From Convolutriloba macropyga (lineage: Eukaryota), in assembly GCF_964194025.1 (NCBI RefSeq), contig NC_134469.1, forward strand, positions 3,534,001 through 3,598,000: DNA of 64,000 bases. The letters are read 5' to 3'. Under the pieces are notes generated by a model that worked only from the letters and a program-made list of their open reading frames with translations, did no database searches and was not told where the DNA came from. Below are positions 1 to 13,818 of this stretch, piece after piece. Made by a program: the position numbers and the translations under genes. Position 1 is the stretch's first letter, and the number at the start of each line of letters is the position of its first letter.

Positions 1-3000
1 CTTTTGCCTATTCTGCCTTTGGCTCTAATAAGTCCTTCTTCATACAGGAAGGGGGAGAATTGTAGAATTTTGCTGACTTTTGGAATTTCCTTTTCAGCTT
101 TGAGAGATTTCATCTCTTCACCAAAGTGTTCTCGCTGTAGTAACTTGAAGATTGTTGCTTTTGCTTTTTCTCTTTCTTCAATGCTGACTACGAGTGTTGC
201 TGGTTTGTGTTTATTCAATGCTCGCTGTACGTATACCACTGTATTTACTAGTCTGTTGAAGTTACTGAATCGTTTCCACTGGATAACAGCTTTCTTCTCT
301 TCAGCCTGTATCATGAAGACTGACAAGGGTATATTCTCTTCATCTGAGGCAAATATGAGGTTCACCTGCTGTGACCATTCGCTTTCTGGTCGCTTCAACC
401 AGGCCGGCCCAGTGAGCCACTCACTTCTCTTGAGTTCTTCAATGTTGATTGCTCTGGTGCCATTGTCCGCTGGGTTGTTGATACCGCTCACATGTTTCCA
501 CTGTGAAACATCAGTTGTATCTAGTATCTCGGCTACTCGATTGGCCACAAACACTTGTTGTTTGCGATGGGAACTGTGTATCCACTGCAATACCGTAGTT
601 GAGTCTGACCAAAAACTGCAACCATTTATCCTCATTTCATGTTCCTTGACTATCTGTTCTTTCAAACTCACTGCCATGACTGCCGCTTGCAACTCCAATC
701 GTGGTATTGAAAGATGCCTCATCGGTGCCACTCTGCATTTTCCAATGACAAATGCTAAGTCAGCTGAGTATTCTTTTGGTGTTGAACGTAGATAGGCCAC
801 TGCACACATCGTGTCTTCAGATGCGTCAGCAAACACATGAAGTTCGGTTTTATCCCTCTCTCTGTTGAAGTATCTTCTATCGATGCTGGTTTCAGCCACT
901 ATTGGAAGTTGTTCTTTCCCTCTCAGGAATTCTTCTTCTTCACTAGGCTCCACTTCGTTGTCCCAATGTTGTCCATTCTTAGTCCAGATGCCTTTCAGAA
1001 GTCGTCTCATATGAAAACTGAACGGAGCAAGCAATCCGATCGGGTCGAATACTGAAGATACCAGTGACAGAATCTTCCTCTGGGTCATAGGTGCTTCAAC
1101 TTCCTTGTTTGTACCTCTGCATACTTGAAGACTGTCATCAGTAACGGTCCATTGTAGTCCTAGCACTGAAGATCCCTCCGTACTGGGTTCCACTTCGACT
1201 TGCTTTGTGTTGCTGATTGACTTCAAGTCTTCTGGGATTGCTTCGGTAACTGCATCATTGTTGCTTATCCACTTCTTCAGTTCAAATCCATGTTGTGAGA
1301 GAAGAGGTTGTAATTGGTTGAAGACTTCAATTGCTTCTTCCGGGGTTTCTACTGATTTGATGAAATCATCCATGTAGAAGTTGTTTTGTATTGCCTTGGT
1401 TGCTATTGGATACTTTTTTCGTTGTGCAGTCCCACTCGCTTGAGAGCATAGTTCGCGCAAGTTGAAGAACTATTAGCTCCAAATACGTGACGCTGATATT
1501 CGTATATCTGAACAGGTTCGTTAGTTCTTGGACGCCATAAAAACCTCAAGCAACTTCTATCCTGTTCAGGAACTTGCACTTGTAGAAACATCGATTCGAT
1601 GTCGGCTGTTAGGGCTATTGGTCCTTCACGGAATCTGAATATTGTTCCAATCAACCCATGTAGCAGATCAGGTCCTGCTAGTAGCTTATCATTTAGGCAT
1701 ACTTCTTTGTACTTTGAGGCAGCATTGCAAACACGTCTTACTTTGCCAGGCTTGTTCGGGTTTAGCACTGGATGGTGTGGCAAAAACCATTCTTTCCCGA
1801 AGTTGCCTTTCACTTCGGACTCGTCCAATATCTTTACGAATCGTTTTTCTACGTCTGTATCTATTGACTGTTGATACAAATTCTTCAGGTTTGGGTCCCT
1901 TTGGAATTTTCCCTCCAGTGAGTAAAGCTGACCCAAGGCTGAGCTGTAGTTGTTCGGTAGGTTTGGCTCTGGTTCACTCCACAGCATTCCCATTTCGTAC
2001 CGCTCGCCTATGAACTTTGTCGTACTCTCTAGCATCTTTTGTGCCTGCAGTTCCTTCTTTGACTGACTGACGACGTTGATTTTGGAAGCATAGGTTTCTA
2101 TGTCCCACCAGGTTTGGATATTCTCAGCCACTTTCACATCTTCAGTGAAGGCGAAATGACAAAAATTTTGTCTTCTTTTGCCCGTCATGGGTCCACTGAC
2201 TTCCCATCCTAGCTCTGTTAGAACGGCGAAAGGTTCACTTCGTGTTCCTATCTTGTAGTCCAATGGTCGTTGTAGCTCATAAGCATCCTGACCAAGGATG
2301 ATGCCAACTTCCATCAAGTTGAAGCTTTTGTTGGGTAAAACACTCAAGTGGTTGAAGCTTTGCTTCAGCTTGTTTTAGTTGTAGTTTGTGTTTCCCAAGG
2401 ACATTGACGGGTGTGCAAACGCTTCGATTGAATGCACCTTTGAATGTAGTCCCTTTATTTTGAGAGGAACCTTTTCTGTCTTCAGGTCCTTTGTTCCATG
2501 TATGCCAGCTATGTTGAGCATCACATCGGTGCCTTGGGCTCGTAACTACTCTTGCACACTTTGATCGATGAATGAAACCGTTGATCCACTATCGAGGAAA
2601 GCGTATGTATTCAGCCTGTTGCCACCGCTCTGTATTGAGACAGGAACTATCTGAAGAAAGCTTGTAACTTCGTTACTCTGATTGATTGTTGCTGCGCTTA
2701 CGTTGACTGCGTGATTGCCCTTGTCCATTTGGTTTTCTGAGTGTAGCAATCGGTTGTGCTTCTTGATGCATCCATTGATGCCGCACGCATTGACTTTACA
2801 ATCTTTGATTGCATGTCCTTTGCCTAGACATCCGTAACATAAGCGTTGCTTCCTCACTGCTGCGTACCGATCATTCACACACATGTTCCTGAATAGTGGA
2901 CAGTTCCATATTTTATGAGTGCCATTAGCTAGCGGACAGTGATCACTTTGCGTTTGCTTCGTTTCTTTCACGTTGGAACTTGCACTAAAGTTCGATGTTT

Positions 3001-4819
3001 TCGAGAACCGTTTGTCTCTATTTGTGCTTCTTCGGTCTTCTTCTCTTCACTCTCCCTTGAAAGCTGAAAACCCTTCGTGCACGAATGCTATCCTTGATAG
3101 CCATTTTTCAAACATAATCAGATCAGGCCAATCTTCATCTTTATCATCAACATAGAACCACCACTTCTCTTTGAGAACTTGGGGTAGCTTATCTACTGCC
3201 ATATACAGTGTCGAGCTTGATTGAAGATCACCAATCTGCTTGTACTCTTTGAGCACATTCACAGAGTTCGAAACAATAACTGAGAGACTGATCAGACCTG
3301 TTGAGTTGTGTGGTTTTACCTGACTTGCTTTGCGAAGGCTCTCCAGTTGTGCATCAATGATCACATGAGGCCTTCCAAATTTCCTCTCGAGAATGCTCCA
3401 TGCAGCACCATAGAACTGTCCAGAATAGCCCATTCCAGAGATTGCTGACCTTGCCTTGCCTGTCAGTAGAGTCTTCAGATGGCTCATCTTCTCTGAGTCT
3501 GGTATTGGTCGTTGATCCACTGTAGCAATGAACATACTAGACCACTCCGGCCATTCGAGAGGGTTCCCATCGAAGTTGTTCAACTTCAGCTTTGGTAGGC
3601 TACTACTACCTGAATAGCCAGTGTTGTATCGTAATAGACCAGCTCTGGGGGAAACGTCCCGGTCTTCAGCACTTGAGGATCGGTCTCGTGAACTGCGATA
3701 TCGTGAGAAGTGACTATGCCTGTTCACTTCAGGAGTGGCTTCGAAGCGAGCTGTTGATCGTTCTGGCGTTAGAAGGTTGTCGATCCTGCTGGCCCAGTCT
3801 GAGACATCTCTCTTCTTTGGGGAACAGTTGAAGGGTGATTTGTCGCGAGCACCAGTTGATTGGGAACGAACATCATCGTTCTCTAATGCTGTTCTCTTCA
3901 CTTTGCGCTCTAGCTCACGCTCTTCCTCCAGCAGTTGATGCTTGGTTTCCAGTTCCTTCATTTGCATTTCTAGCTCTAGCTTCCTCCGCTCGAACCGTGC
4001 TTGTTCCAGTCGCATCTTGGTTTCGAATTCGATATCGAATTTCTTCATCCTTTCCTCGCGCCTTTGCTTTGCTGAAGATGTTTCCGAAACATTCTCCGTC
4101 TCTTGGCCACTTGTTGTTGCTCCATTTTGCACTGTTTGAGCAACTGGGTTGTCCGTTGGGTAGTTTTTGTTGCTCTCGCTGTCGTTCACTGCTTGATCTG
4201 TGTTGCTTTGCTCTGCATTCATTGCTGGTTGCGTGCCTTTGCTTATATATGCAAGCCAATGATAGTCCAAACTTGCCTTGCACTTCCTTGCTTCTTTCAG
4301 ATGCTCTTCAACGAAACTTGTTGGGTAAAGTGCGAACTTGTTTCGACGCTGCAGTTGCTTGGGTATTTCTTCTTCTAGTAGGTGAACAGTCTGTTGGTAG
4401 AGGACCTTTAGTTTGTTGGGTCGATCTGAATCTTCAATTATTTTGTAACCAATCCCTGTTTTAGTTTTGACTTCTTCCACTAAGTCTGGGAATCTCTTGT
4501 CGTACCTGTGAGCTGTTGATTGAAGCTCCTCTCTGCTGGTTGTGCTCGAATTGCCTGGTTGCTGTTTGCTTTGCTTGTTCCGTTTAAACGAGGTCAATTC
4601 TTCAACGTGTTTTGTGAATTGCACTCTTCTGTTCGCCTCACTGGCCTGTTGCTGTTGATTTATTTGATTCTCTTTTGGGGTTGCCTTCGGCAATCTCTTC
4701 ATCAGGTTGGACAGCAGTTTGCCTTCCACTGTCCGGGTCGGCGGACCAAATGTAACGGCTGCTCTCCTATCAAAGTCAAGGAAAACTTTACACCGCCCAG
4801 TTCGTTTCAGCGGTTTCAA
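1..4819 (-). pseudogene. BEL/Pao gag-pol polyprotein, disrupted
   Basis: Reading frame broken by a frameshift near 3047, stops at 2546 and ~2376, and a frameshift near 1410; motifs otherwise well preserved. Confidence 0.9.
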
Positions 4820-5120
4820 ATCTGTCCGGATATTGTGTTTTTGCAGTTAACTTTTTGTGAACTGTATTATCCGCTATGCTGTAGATTACCGTTGCATTAC
4901 TTGTTGCTCTATTACGCTTGATAACTAATCGCTCAGCTTTGCTGAATAACAAGCTTGTTTCAAACAATTAAGTTTTGTTTGAGTTTGGTTAATAACTCAA
5001 ATTATGATTCGAAAAAGCAAAACCCCTTATGTGCAGCTCTAGGTAACAGTCCTAGCGACTGGTTAGGGTAAACAATTTCTATCTCGCAATGTTTTATTGT
5101 TCTGGGCGACCTTTTCCCAA

Positions 5121-5190
5121 TAATCAAAGTTAACAAATGTAACCAAATTCGCACGTTAATCAAAGTTAACAAATGTAACGAAATTCGCAC
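5121..5190. repeat. 36-bp tandem duplication in the BEL 5' leader
   Basis: taatcaaagttaacaaatgtaac(c/g)aaattcgcac occurs twice, 36 bp apart. Confidence 0.9.
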
Positions 5191-5242
5191 TTTGTGTTTT
5201 TCAGCTCACTCAATTGCTCAATAACACAATTTGGGAACTATG

Positions 5243-5261
5243 CTCGGCTTCGTTAAAGCCA
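5243..5261 (-). promoter_or_regulatory. Candidate primer-binding site (TGGCTTTAACGAAGCCGAG)
   Basis: TGG start, position between the putative LTR and gag, and loose resemblance to tRNA-Tyr-type PBS (TGGTCCTTCGAGCCGG) seen in BEL elements. Confidence 0.45.
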
Positions 5262-5872
5262 GTAAGAGAAACTGATTTTATGCTTTGCACAAAGTTTCTC
5301 TTACTTAGGAACTTTGTTCCTCAGAAAGAAAGTTTTGAGAATATCAAAATTAATTCTCTTTTCACAAGTCAAAGTAAAGTCAAAACTGTACAATCACTAA
5401 TATGATCTACAGAAACAAGACACGATAACAAGTAATTTACCGCTCAAGAAAGCGTGCTTCAATACGCACTGTATGTCAGTTTAATAAGACAAAATTAACG
5501 AGTTTCAACTGATCTCTGGTAGTTTTTCAAGCTCCTTTTATGCTGCTAGTAACGTGGATTTACATGTCAAATTCAACTGTTGATTGGTTGTAGACAATAA
5601 TGTCGACAGAATGTGAACACTTTTCCATAACGTCACTTTTTCAGTGTAAATTTGATGTCATGGGAAATTTGTTAACCATGTAGAAGTTTTGTCGAATATT
5701 CTGTATCAATAACAGGTTGATTCGCAATCCAATCGCAAAGAATCTGATGCAATACTGTTAAGTCGTAGTATTGTTTTGCTGGTTGTTGAGGTAGTTCGAG
5801 TTTGAGTTATAGTTTGACTTCATGAATGATGATTGTGTACTAATAATAATTGCTAAATATAAAAGTTGAACA
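5262..5872 (-). repeat. Putative 5' LTR of the BEL/Pao element
   Basis: Minus strand starts TGTT at 5872, contains a TATA-like CATAAAAGG (~5540), and is followed directly by a TGG-starting PBS candidate. The second LTR is outside the window, so boundaries are inferred. Confidence 0.55.
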
Positions 5873-6244
5873 AAATGACCAAATCCGTTTGGCTTCGATA
5901 GAATGTAGCATTGAATTTCGCTTGTCACACTATTGTAGCTTTAAGGCTTGAAATGACCTTGAAGCGCTATTCAATTTGATTTCTGAGTTGTTAAGCTCAG
6001 CCGCAATATTAATTGTAGAACAAGACAACAATTCTCCACTGTATCACAAATAGTGTTTACAGAATTTTATATAAGTTGATCTATGAACCACTCTTGATTA
6101 AAATAACAGGAAAAATTGGATTAGTTAATTCGATCTAAAAAATTAGATAACTACATTAAACGCAAACCAATTTCGGTTTATGTAGAGATAGTTTGGATAT
6201 TAGTTTTATATACTCTGCTAGAGTTTTTTCTGATAACTTTATTT

Positions 6245-6615
6245 TGGTATCCCGCTTTTTCACCCCTATTTATCCAACCCCTCTATCCTTTGACACCGAT
6301 TTGGTTACCCGTCTGTCATTTAACTCCTCCATCATTTCTTCCCTGTATCATTTAACCCCGATTTAAATCTTTTTTATCATTAGGAGCATTGGATTAGTAA
6401 TCTAATAAATTTGATGGGCCCGTGTAACTGAATATGAAATTATCACAAGTAAACGTGGGATAAAGTTATCCACTCCTTTATGACAAACCATGCCTTTAAT
6501 GTCGACTGCAAATTGGCGGGATCAAATGACATAGGGGTTAATTGATAGAGGTGTTAAATCATATGGGGTTAGGATATGCGTGGTTAAAAGAATCGGGGTG
6601 AAAAGAATTATAACA
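6245..6615. mobile_element. Foldback/MITE-like element with modular inverted arms
   Basis: Left arm of repeated tttaacccc-type motifs (6250-6365) faces a right arm of repeated ggggttaa-type motifs (6520-6610). A related structure lies at 12752-13818. No TSD found. Confidence 0.5.
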
Positions 6616-7236
6616 GTTTTTTTATAAGTGTTTATCTTATAAGTGTTAATGCGGTGATCATTATGTCTGACACAACAAAGAATGTTGGAAAATTTTCTCG
6701 TGAAAGTTAATGAGATCGTATATGATAAACGTTCTGATAACATGAAAGCATTACTCAATATATATTTTGGAATCCTTTTGGAAACTGTTTCCTTCTGCGT
6801 AGCAAATTTATGTGGAAGGTAATTTTTAGTAAATACGCCATCTGATTGAAAAGCAGAACATTACTCACCTTTATGAAAAAATTCAAATTAAAACCAGCCA
6901 ATTTGTGAAACATGCTTTTGATGCAATAATACTTTAGCAAGAAAAAGTAAAACTAATAAAAATTTGTATTAAGGACAGTTAAAAAAAGCGTCGGAATAAT
7001 TTTCTGGAGATTAATTTCAAACAATTCGAAAGAACCCAGGCCATAAATTCTGTCTATAGTATTAACAAAAAAGAATAGTTCATTCTGGATTTAAAAAATC
7101 ATTGAAGTGCAATAACTCCATTATTTTGGGATATTTACTCCCTTAAGGCTTAAAAATTAGCATAAATAGTTCATAAAACCACAACAAAATTTCTCTTTGA
7201 TCAATTGACTGCAATTTTTGTCTCTTATCAACTTAC

Positions 7237-7417
7237 AGTCTAGTTCGTTGCGCAGTTGAATTCTATTCCAGATATTATCGGTGGAAATGATGAAACAGTT
7301 GATTAGGGTCAAGGCTGAAGAGGTCAAAGGGAGAAATAGGTTCGTTTCGTCCCACGTGACCGGAAGTTGAACATCGTGAACTATTTGCTCAAGTTTGCTT
7401 TCCAAGAATTTCTGACG
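7237..7417 (-). CDS. INF2-like formin, coding exon 3 (181 nt); gene continues towards and probably past the window start
   Basis: ATTTCAG acceptor, phase 0 in frame with exon 2, GTAAGT donor (phase 1). Encodes ...SSALTLINCFIISTDNIWNRIQLRNELD, matching the FH3 motif [28 protein letters not shown]. Confidence 0.88.
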
Positions 7418-10268
7418 CTGAAATATACTTGGGCTATTGAATAGATACCATTTATTCAACATTTCCTCACACACAGTTGGCATTCGGGTAATTCTCCCCC
7501 CCCCCCTCCCCCATGACCACTCAGTTGCCATTTTTGACCCCCCTTCCTCTACAATTCAACACTTGCAAATTAAAAGTTCAGCCATCCGTTATTCGTTTTT
7601 GGTGTGACGCGCTAGTTAAGTAATTTAAGTTGGGGAGGGGGGGGGGGGTAATAGTTATTTTTCTACCAATCAAGATCTGAGATCTGAACCAGAATAGATC
7701 CCGCCTGGTTTCTTGTAATCAATAAGGATTACCTTGAACATAATTACGGTAACTTCCCATGATTGTTAGTGATTTGTACTTGATAACACTACACACGGGC
7801 CTTCACCCTCACTAAGCGTATGCTTAGAAACTGCACAATGTCACTAGCACATTTCTCTATCTATGAAACCTTTCTTAAAACACGTATCATACAGTCATGA
7901 AAAAATCATTTGGAAAAGAAGCCTCTTTCAAACATGTTGATACAGCAAACTTAAGATGCCCAAACAACATTTTTGCGTTTACATTTGTTTCCCATTATAC
8001 TTTTCTGATTTTTTTAAATTGCTCCGAATCTTTTATTTCCCTTAAAGAAATTTTTTTGAGAACAAAGCTCAAGGGAGATTAAATAATTTTTAATTGATAT
8101 TTATTGTCTGCTTAAAATTACTAGCTGAGCTATATTAAACTTTTCATATTTTTTTTACAATTTGCTGACATTTAATAATCAGATTATGTCACAAAGAAAC
8201 TGCCTCGAATTACAGATTTTTCAACAATCATTGTATAGATTTTGCTTTTTTTTCTACTGTAAGCCAGTCTCCGTCTTACAAAAGAGTTCCAAGCATGCGC
8301 TACAAGTGAACAAAACGACGAGCTCTAGTTATTAAATACTGATTACACAAAGCTTCAAATCTCTTGAAGCATAAGCCAATAAAATCCAGCCGAGTATACG
8401 TTTTTCAACCAGAATTTCTTAACAAGCTTCATCATGCTTTTGTTACGCACAATTTTCGTTGATGTTCTCTCTCTTAACATTTTGTCACCCAACGTTTTCT
8501 TATTTTTGTTTTCAAAATTTATTCTGGGACAGAAACGTTGCTAAAAGCTGTTTTTTTCAAGAAAGAGGTAAAATTACTCAAGCTGATTATAGTTAGCATT
8601 TTTTACAGTCAAGTCGTGATCATGGAACTAAGGAAAAACTTAAAATGTTCTGGATTCGTTTCTTTTTTTCCTGGTGACTTATGTTGATCACTTTTAAAAT
8701 CAGATGTGGACGCATATTAACAAACATACAAACACACGAATGCAGATATACACACAAAAAAAAACACACACACTCACAGAGAAGCACACAACAGTGCACC
8801 AGTTTATATCCAAAGCCCCAGTGCCCCACTCTCAGCTCACCCCTCAGTTTTAGGAGTCAGCGAGTCAAATTTGTAGCAAACAACTTTAATTGGAAACATT
8901 CAATTTTAGCGTAAAATAAAAAATTTGCTCATTTATCGCATATTTTTTACCTGAAAAACTGAACTAACTTCATTCTGATTGTTAAAATTTTTTGGTAGTT
9001 TTGATGGAGAATTCGGATTTCAAATAAGTCGGTTTTAATAGCGTTAATCAGCTTCTTCGAGACGTCGAATGTGCATAATTTTCACAATTACTTTTTAATG
9101 AACAAGGTTTTGCGAAGGTGAGACGGATTTAAAAATTGCTATGACAAGCGGGAATCAAATATAGTTAGTCCTGCAAGGATTGCAGTAAATTATATTTTGG
9201 GTTTCATTTTGTATTTTCACGGTTGAAAGCATTTTTTTTCTTGAAAAAAAATAAATCAATTCTTTATTGGCTTGGTTTTGTTTATTTTGCAAGGAAAGAA
9301 CTAAATGTAAGTGTTTTCATCAATTTAGCTAATTGAGGATGAAAAAAGTCAAAAGTGTTTCAAATTTTGTTGAAAATGCTTTGCAAGACTTTTGCAGTGA
9401 CTTTGAAAAAAATTCTCTTTGCTGTTCATTTCAAACTATCTATCTTTTCTCTGCACAGCTACAATTTTTGAGAAATAACATAGTACAATATGCATCATTT
9501 TAGAATGGCACTTCAAAGCTAACATGTTCTGCGGCAAAAATAGCGCCGTGGTGATTATGATAGCATCATTGAAGTGGAAAATATACTACTGCTGTTTTTT
9601 TAAGAAGCTTGTTTGAGGCCTAAATTTTGTTCCAACCTTGAATTTCTTCATTGAGAAATTGAAAATTGAGAGTTGAGTGAAAAGATTTAATCAATAAATG
9701 AAAACGGACGATTTTGTCAGTGAACACAGTGAAATTTTCGGCCAAAATGGTTAAACAAATTAGAGCAGAAGAAGTTTTATGGTAGAAGTAATTGCAAAAA
9801 TTTTGCTAAACCTAAGCAAGAAATTGTTATCGAGAGTATCTTGGAAGCCAGATCTTCAGAACAGCAAGTGCTGTGACTTTCAGCTCAGTAAATAAAACCA
9901 GAAAATAACAGTCGCTTCTCTATTTAAAAATAGATTGGTATTAATGTGTAAGCAACGCATTTTCTCTCAGAGCTCATTTTTCGATGGTGAAAACAAGGTA
10001 TTGAATTAGTGGTGAGTAAATGGAAAACACGATATTCCTTCTTCCACCATTGTAATTATTTTTTATTAGGGGTAATTTTTAGTACCGCATGTCTCCAAAT
10101 GTTCAGTCCAGAAATATCTGTGCCCGCCTATTTAGTTCTTTTAGAGTTGAAAAACGGCAACGTTTTGACAAATTGACGTACCAAATTATAGAAATCTTAT
10201 TGGTCGAGAAACGTAAAACACGACAACTTTGTGCGTTCAATTTAACTACGTTTGACATATCGTAATTC

Positions 10269-10426
10269 GGATCTATTCTGTTTCGACCCCCAAGCTTAGT
10301 GAGCATAAATTTTTTATGACCCCCAGACTCACGTGCTATTTTCTTACCTAGTAACGTGCTATATAACAACATAGAATTTGTAACTGGGGTAAAAAAAACA
10401 CTGGGGGGGGGGGACAGAATAGATCC
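10269..10426. mobile_element. 158-bp MITE with GGATCTATTCTGT TIRs and a perfect 8-bp TSD (CGTAATTC)
   Basis: ggatctattctgt at 10269 and acagaatagatcc ending at 10426; cgtaattc at both 10261-10268 and 10427-10434. Confidence 0.85.
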
Positions 10427-12423
10427 CGTAATTCCAGCTGCTCTGGTTTATACGTTGCTATGCTTTGTGAACCATGGCCGTGCATCAACGGCTCGTACTT
10501 CTTGATATGAATAAATCACAACCGAACTTGATATCTGTCTCCCCCCCCCCCCAAAAAAATGCTTAATTTCCTCTTTCGGCTCAATGCTTTAATGTTAAGC
10601 TTCATATAATATTTTAAAACATGGGCATTTGATTAGTGCATTATGGAGCAATTAGCCTGTCGAAAAACAAGACTGACTTTTTCTATTTTCATTGGACAGG
10701 AATAAAACTGATATAAATTGATACCTTGTTCTGACAATTTCACTAACTAGAGTCAAATTGATTATTACATTGCTCAACGTAAGCAATACGCACATATTTG
10801 GATTTTGGGGAAAATTACTTCTATAATTGCATTAATTTTATAAAGATTTACTAAACATACTTTTTTAAGAACTATCGCATCTTTTGCGACTAGTTTTCGT
10901 ATTCTGCAATTGGTAACGTGAAGGCTTTTTACGCAATTGTTCACTTATTAAACTTTCTTCCTTTTATTTCTAATTGTCGTTGACAGTACTCGTGGTAATA
11001 AATAATAAATTTGGGTAATTTTACTTGAAGGGTATGTAGTGTTTCCACGGGATGGATACTCTTGGTAATTATAAAAAAAACTTATATGCCTCCAAATCAG
11101 AGATAAAAAAGTTTTTTAGTGTGACCACGTAATGATTAGTGAGCATTATATTAGCATAAACCATAGATATTTAAATATTTAGCAATAAATAACAACATTT
11201 ATTAAGTAACATCTATGACCTTTATGATTAATAAGAACTGTATATGATATTTTTCGGGGCTGAAATGCATAAATCCAACCCTTCTTCTAATTAAAAAATT
11301 CTTTCTTTACAGTTGATGGTGCGAATGGATCACCAGGGGAGAAGCTTAGAAGCACCCCCAAGAAGCAATTTTCCCCAAGGACAAGAATTAACAAAAAGTT
11401 CTAAGTTTCAGTATAAAGGGAGAACGTTTGTCTAGCTTTAGTGTTTGACTATTAGGGGATACCGCTTCTCAAGTATGTTTTGCACGAAGTAGAAAAACTA
11501 CACTACACAGTCATATTGATGCTCTTGCGATACATCTAATATAAAACAAAGAAATTGAATTTTTCTCAATTTATTTTTTAAAAATTTTCCCGCTTAGCTG
11601 AGACAAATTTAGTTTCCGGACCACTGCCTGACAATGTTATACAGTGTGCAATGACATTTTTGGACGTAGATTTTCTATATATTCCTACAAAGAAATAAAC
11701 TTTAGACAACCTTATCTCTTAAAAATAATATATTAACAACTAAACTAACATCTCGAATCGAAACCAATTTTATTTCAACTGTTATATTGATCTATGTTTT
11801 ATGAGGCTACCATAAAAATTAGTTTGAGCGGCTTTTCATGGCCATATAACGCGCCTCTTTGATAAATAGAGTTATTACATATGCCTGATTAAGTTTACAA
11901 TAGCATGTCTTGTTTCATCATCGAAGCATTCGTATTTTTAAAGTTAATACTCACAAACCGAATTGCATTAAGTTTTCGGTTTTTATAACATTTCGTTCAA
12001 CTTGTTTTTTTTATGATCATTTCATGCGCAGTGTTAAATTGTATCTGGCCAAAGAAATGCTGAAAAAGCCTAATAGTTAGTTCACTATCTTGAGCAAAAG
12101 TTTATTTTTTGAGGCGTACAAATGTGACATCAAACAACTAGTGTTTTACAAAATGACCTCAAAATGCACGCGGAAAAAACTGACATCGGTGTTATCAATG
12201 TTATTTGTTTGAGATCAGAGAGTATTTAGAAAGTATCATAATATTGCAGATTGAATATGAGCTATAAATTTATAACTAAAATTCACTTTTTGTATTTTTT
12301 TTTAGAAGTTTAGTTTGTAAAATTAATACAGCAAGGGGAGGCGAGACGAGGGTTCCTTAAAGTGATTTTTAAATTGCGAAACCCGTTCAGATACTTGGCT
12401 CTGTGTCCGCATACGTCTCTTAC

Positions 12424-12539
12424 CTGGTTAATTGCGAGTGCCTTGAGCGCAGTTTCATACCCAAAATCACTGCAGACAAACAGCGCTGACAGTAAACTGT
12501 ACACGTGTCTTCGAATGTGTGGGTTTACACTGCTCAGTA
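12424..12539 (-). CDS. INF2-like formin, coding exon 2 (116 nt)
   Basis: TTTCAG acceptor and GTAAGA donor. Phase 1 entry matches exon 1 (T+TA = Leu); exits in phase 0. Encodes LLSSVNPHIRRHVYSLLSALFVCSDFGYETALKALAINQ, similar to INF2 [34 protein letters not shown]. Confidence 0.88.
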
Positions 12540-12751
12540 CTGAAACAGTAAACATTTAAATACTGTACAGCAGTAGCAATTGAGAGTACAACAACCTAAT
12601 CTAATTTGTGTACAAAATAAGATAAACAAGAAGCTCTCCTTGGTCAAGCAAAAACGAAGAAATCTCGAGAAACAAGAAAAAATCAGAGATCTTTGATGGA
12701 AACAGTTGGTTTGATAATGTAAAGGTTGTCTTGCTGTTAAGAGATACTTAT

Positions 12752-13818
12752 GGTGTCCTGTTTTTTTACCCCTGTTCTTTTAAACCCCGATTTCTTAACC
12801 TCTATGTCATTTAACCCTTCAATTATTTAACCCCTCTATTGTTTCAACCCGATTTAAAGCTTCCTTTAATTGAGGATAATTAGGTCTCAATCAGCTCTAT
12901 TTAGTCTAATTAACACAGATTAAAATCGGCCTGAAATGAATGAGGTGTGAATATACTTTTTCACCCCGATTTCAAACTGTAAATTCATGGCTCAAAGTCG
13001 TCAGAGAAATAAAGCTAACAACTAAAAAGATGAAAGCAAAACTATAACAGTTAGGGAATTAGTAATCTTATCTAGTCCCTAAAGGAATTAAACTGATATT
13101 CATTTTTTCAAGGCTATTGCCAGTTTGTCTTAATTGTCTTTAACTATGTGTATTTGTGTTTATTTGAAATCCACCTTAATATTTTTGTGTTGGCGCCCTC
13201 TTTTGGTCCTCACTGAGTTAAGTCGAAGCCTCATATCGTGACTCATTAAGGAATTTGATCCCAGGCGTTAACCTTATGACGAGATATTTAATTGTGAACA
13301 CAGTTTTGTTACATTTTTGTATGGAATTTGCACAGCATAGCTGCTATCAAAAAACAATCTGCATTTCATTGAAAATTCTGTTAACAACACTGGTAAACTT
13401 TGTTTTGATTTGCTCATTTATTCCTGATGAGAAAGTAGGTTTTAAAATTTAGTATACATCCTTTCATTTGAGAAATACCGGTTCGTCCGTGTTCTAGACT
13501 AGGAGAGTTTTTGAATTCTTTTGATTCAAATCAAAGGGCGACGTAGAAAAAGACAGACCTGTCAAGTTTTCTTTTTCGATCAAAACTATTAACCTAAAAA
13601 GCAATCTGGTCATTACGCTTCGATTTCAAACAAACGCAAGCTATTCAAACTACACCGCACTCTTGAAGGTCAGTGGTTTTGTGTTATTTAAGTCTTTTGA
13701 ACTTTAGCTTTGCAACCTCGGGCTGAAAAAATTGCAGGGTTAAATGATTGAGGGGTGATTATAAATGGGATTAAATTATAGGGGGCTAAATAAACCGGGA
13801 TGAAAAGAAGTAGAACCC
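12752..13818. mobile_element. Foldback/MITE-like element with modular inverted arms (related to 6245-6615)
   Basis: Repeated tttaacccc-type motifs at 12760-12855 and ggggttaa/gggg-type motifs at 13720-13815; ends imperfectly inverted; no TSD found. Confidence 0.5.

Larger units (their letters stand above)
1..5872 (-). mobile_element. BEL/Pao LTR retrotransposon, decayed; 3' part (integrase, 3' LTR) lies beyond the window start
   Basis: Minus-strand domain order typical of BEL/Pao: Gag with DUF1759-like LPKLKLNNFDGNPLEWPEW (ORF 3047-4819); Cys/His knuckles CYGCLGKGHAIKDC and CGINGCIKKHNRLLH; protease YAFLDSGS (ORF 2546-2971); RT WFLPHHPV..KPGKVRRV, ADIESMFLQV and FYMDD (1365-1379); Pao RNase H HVFADASED (~813-839), IPRLELQAA, WSDSTTVL, FVANRV, NPAD. 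Confidence 0.95.

Noticed and set aside
4-795. 263-aa plus-strand ORF and other plus-strand ORFs in 1-4921
   Set aside because: Antisense shadows of the BEL/Pao pol and gag frames; no recognisable motifs of their own.
5880-7230. Fourth formin exon
   Set aside because: No segment with a matching splice phase and FH3 continuation was recognised; it probably lies outside the window.
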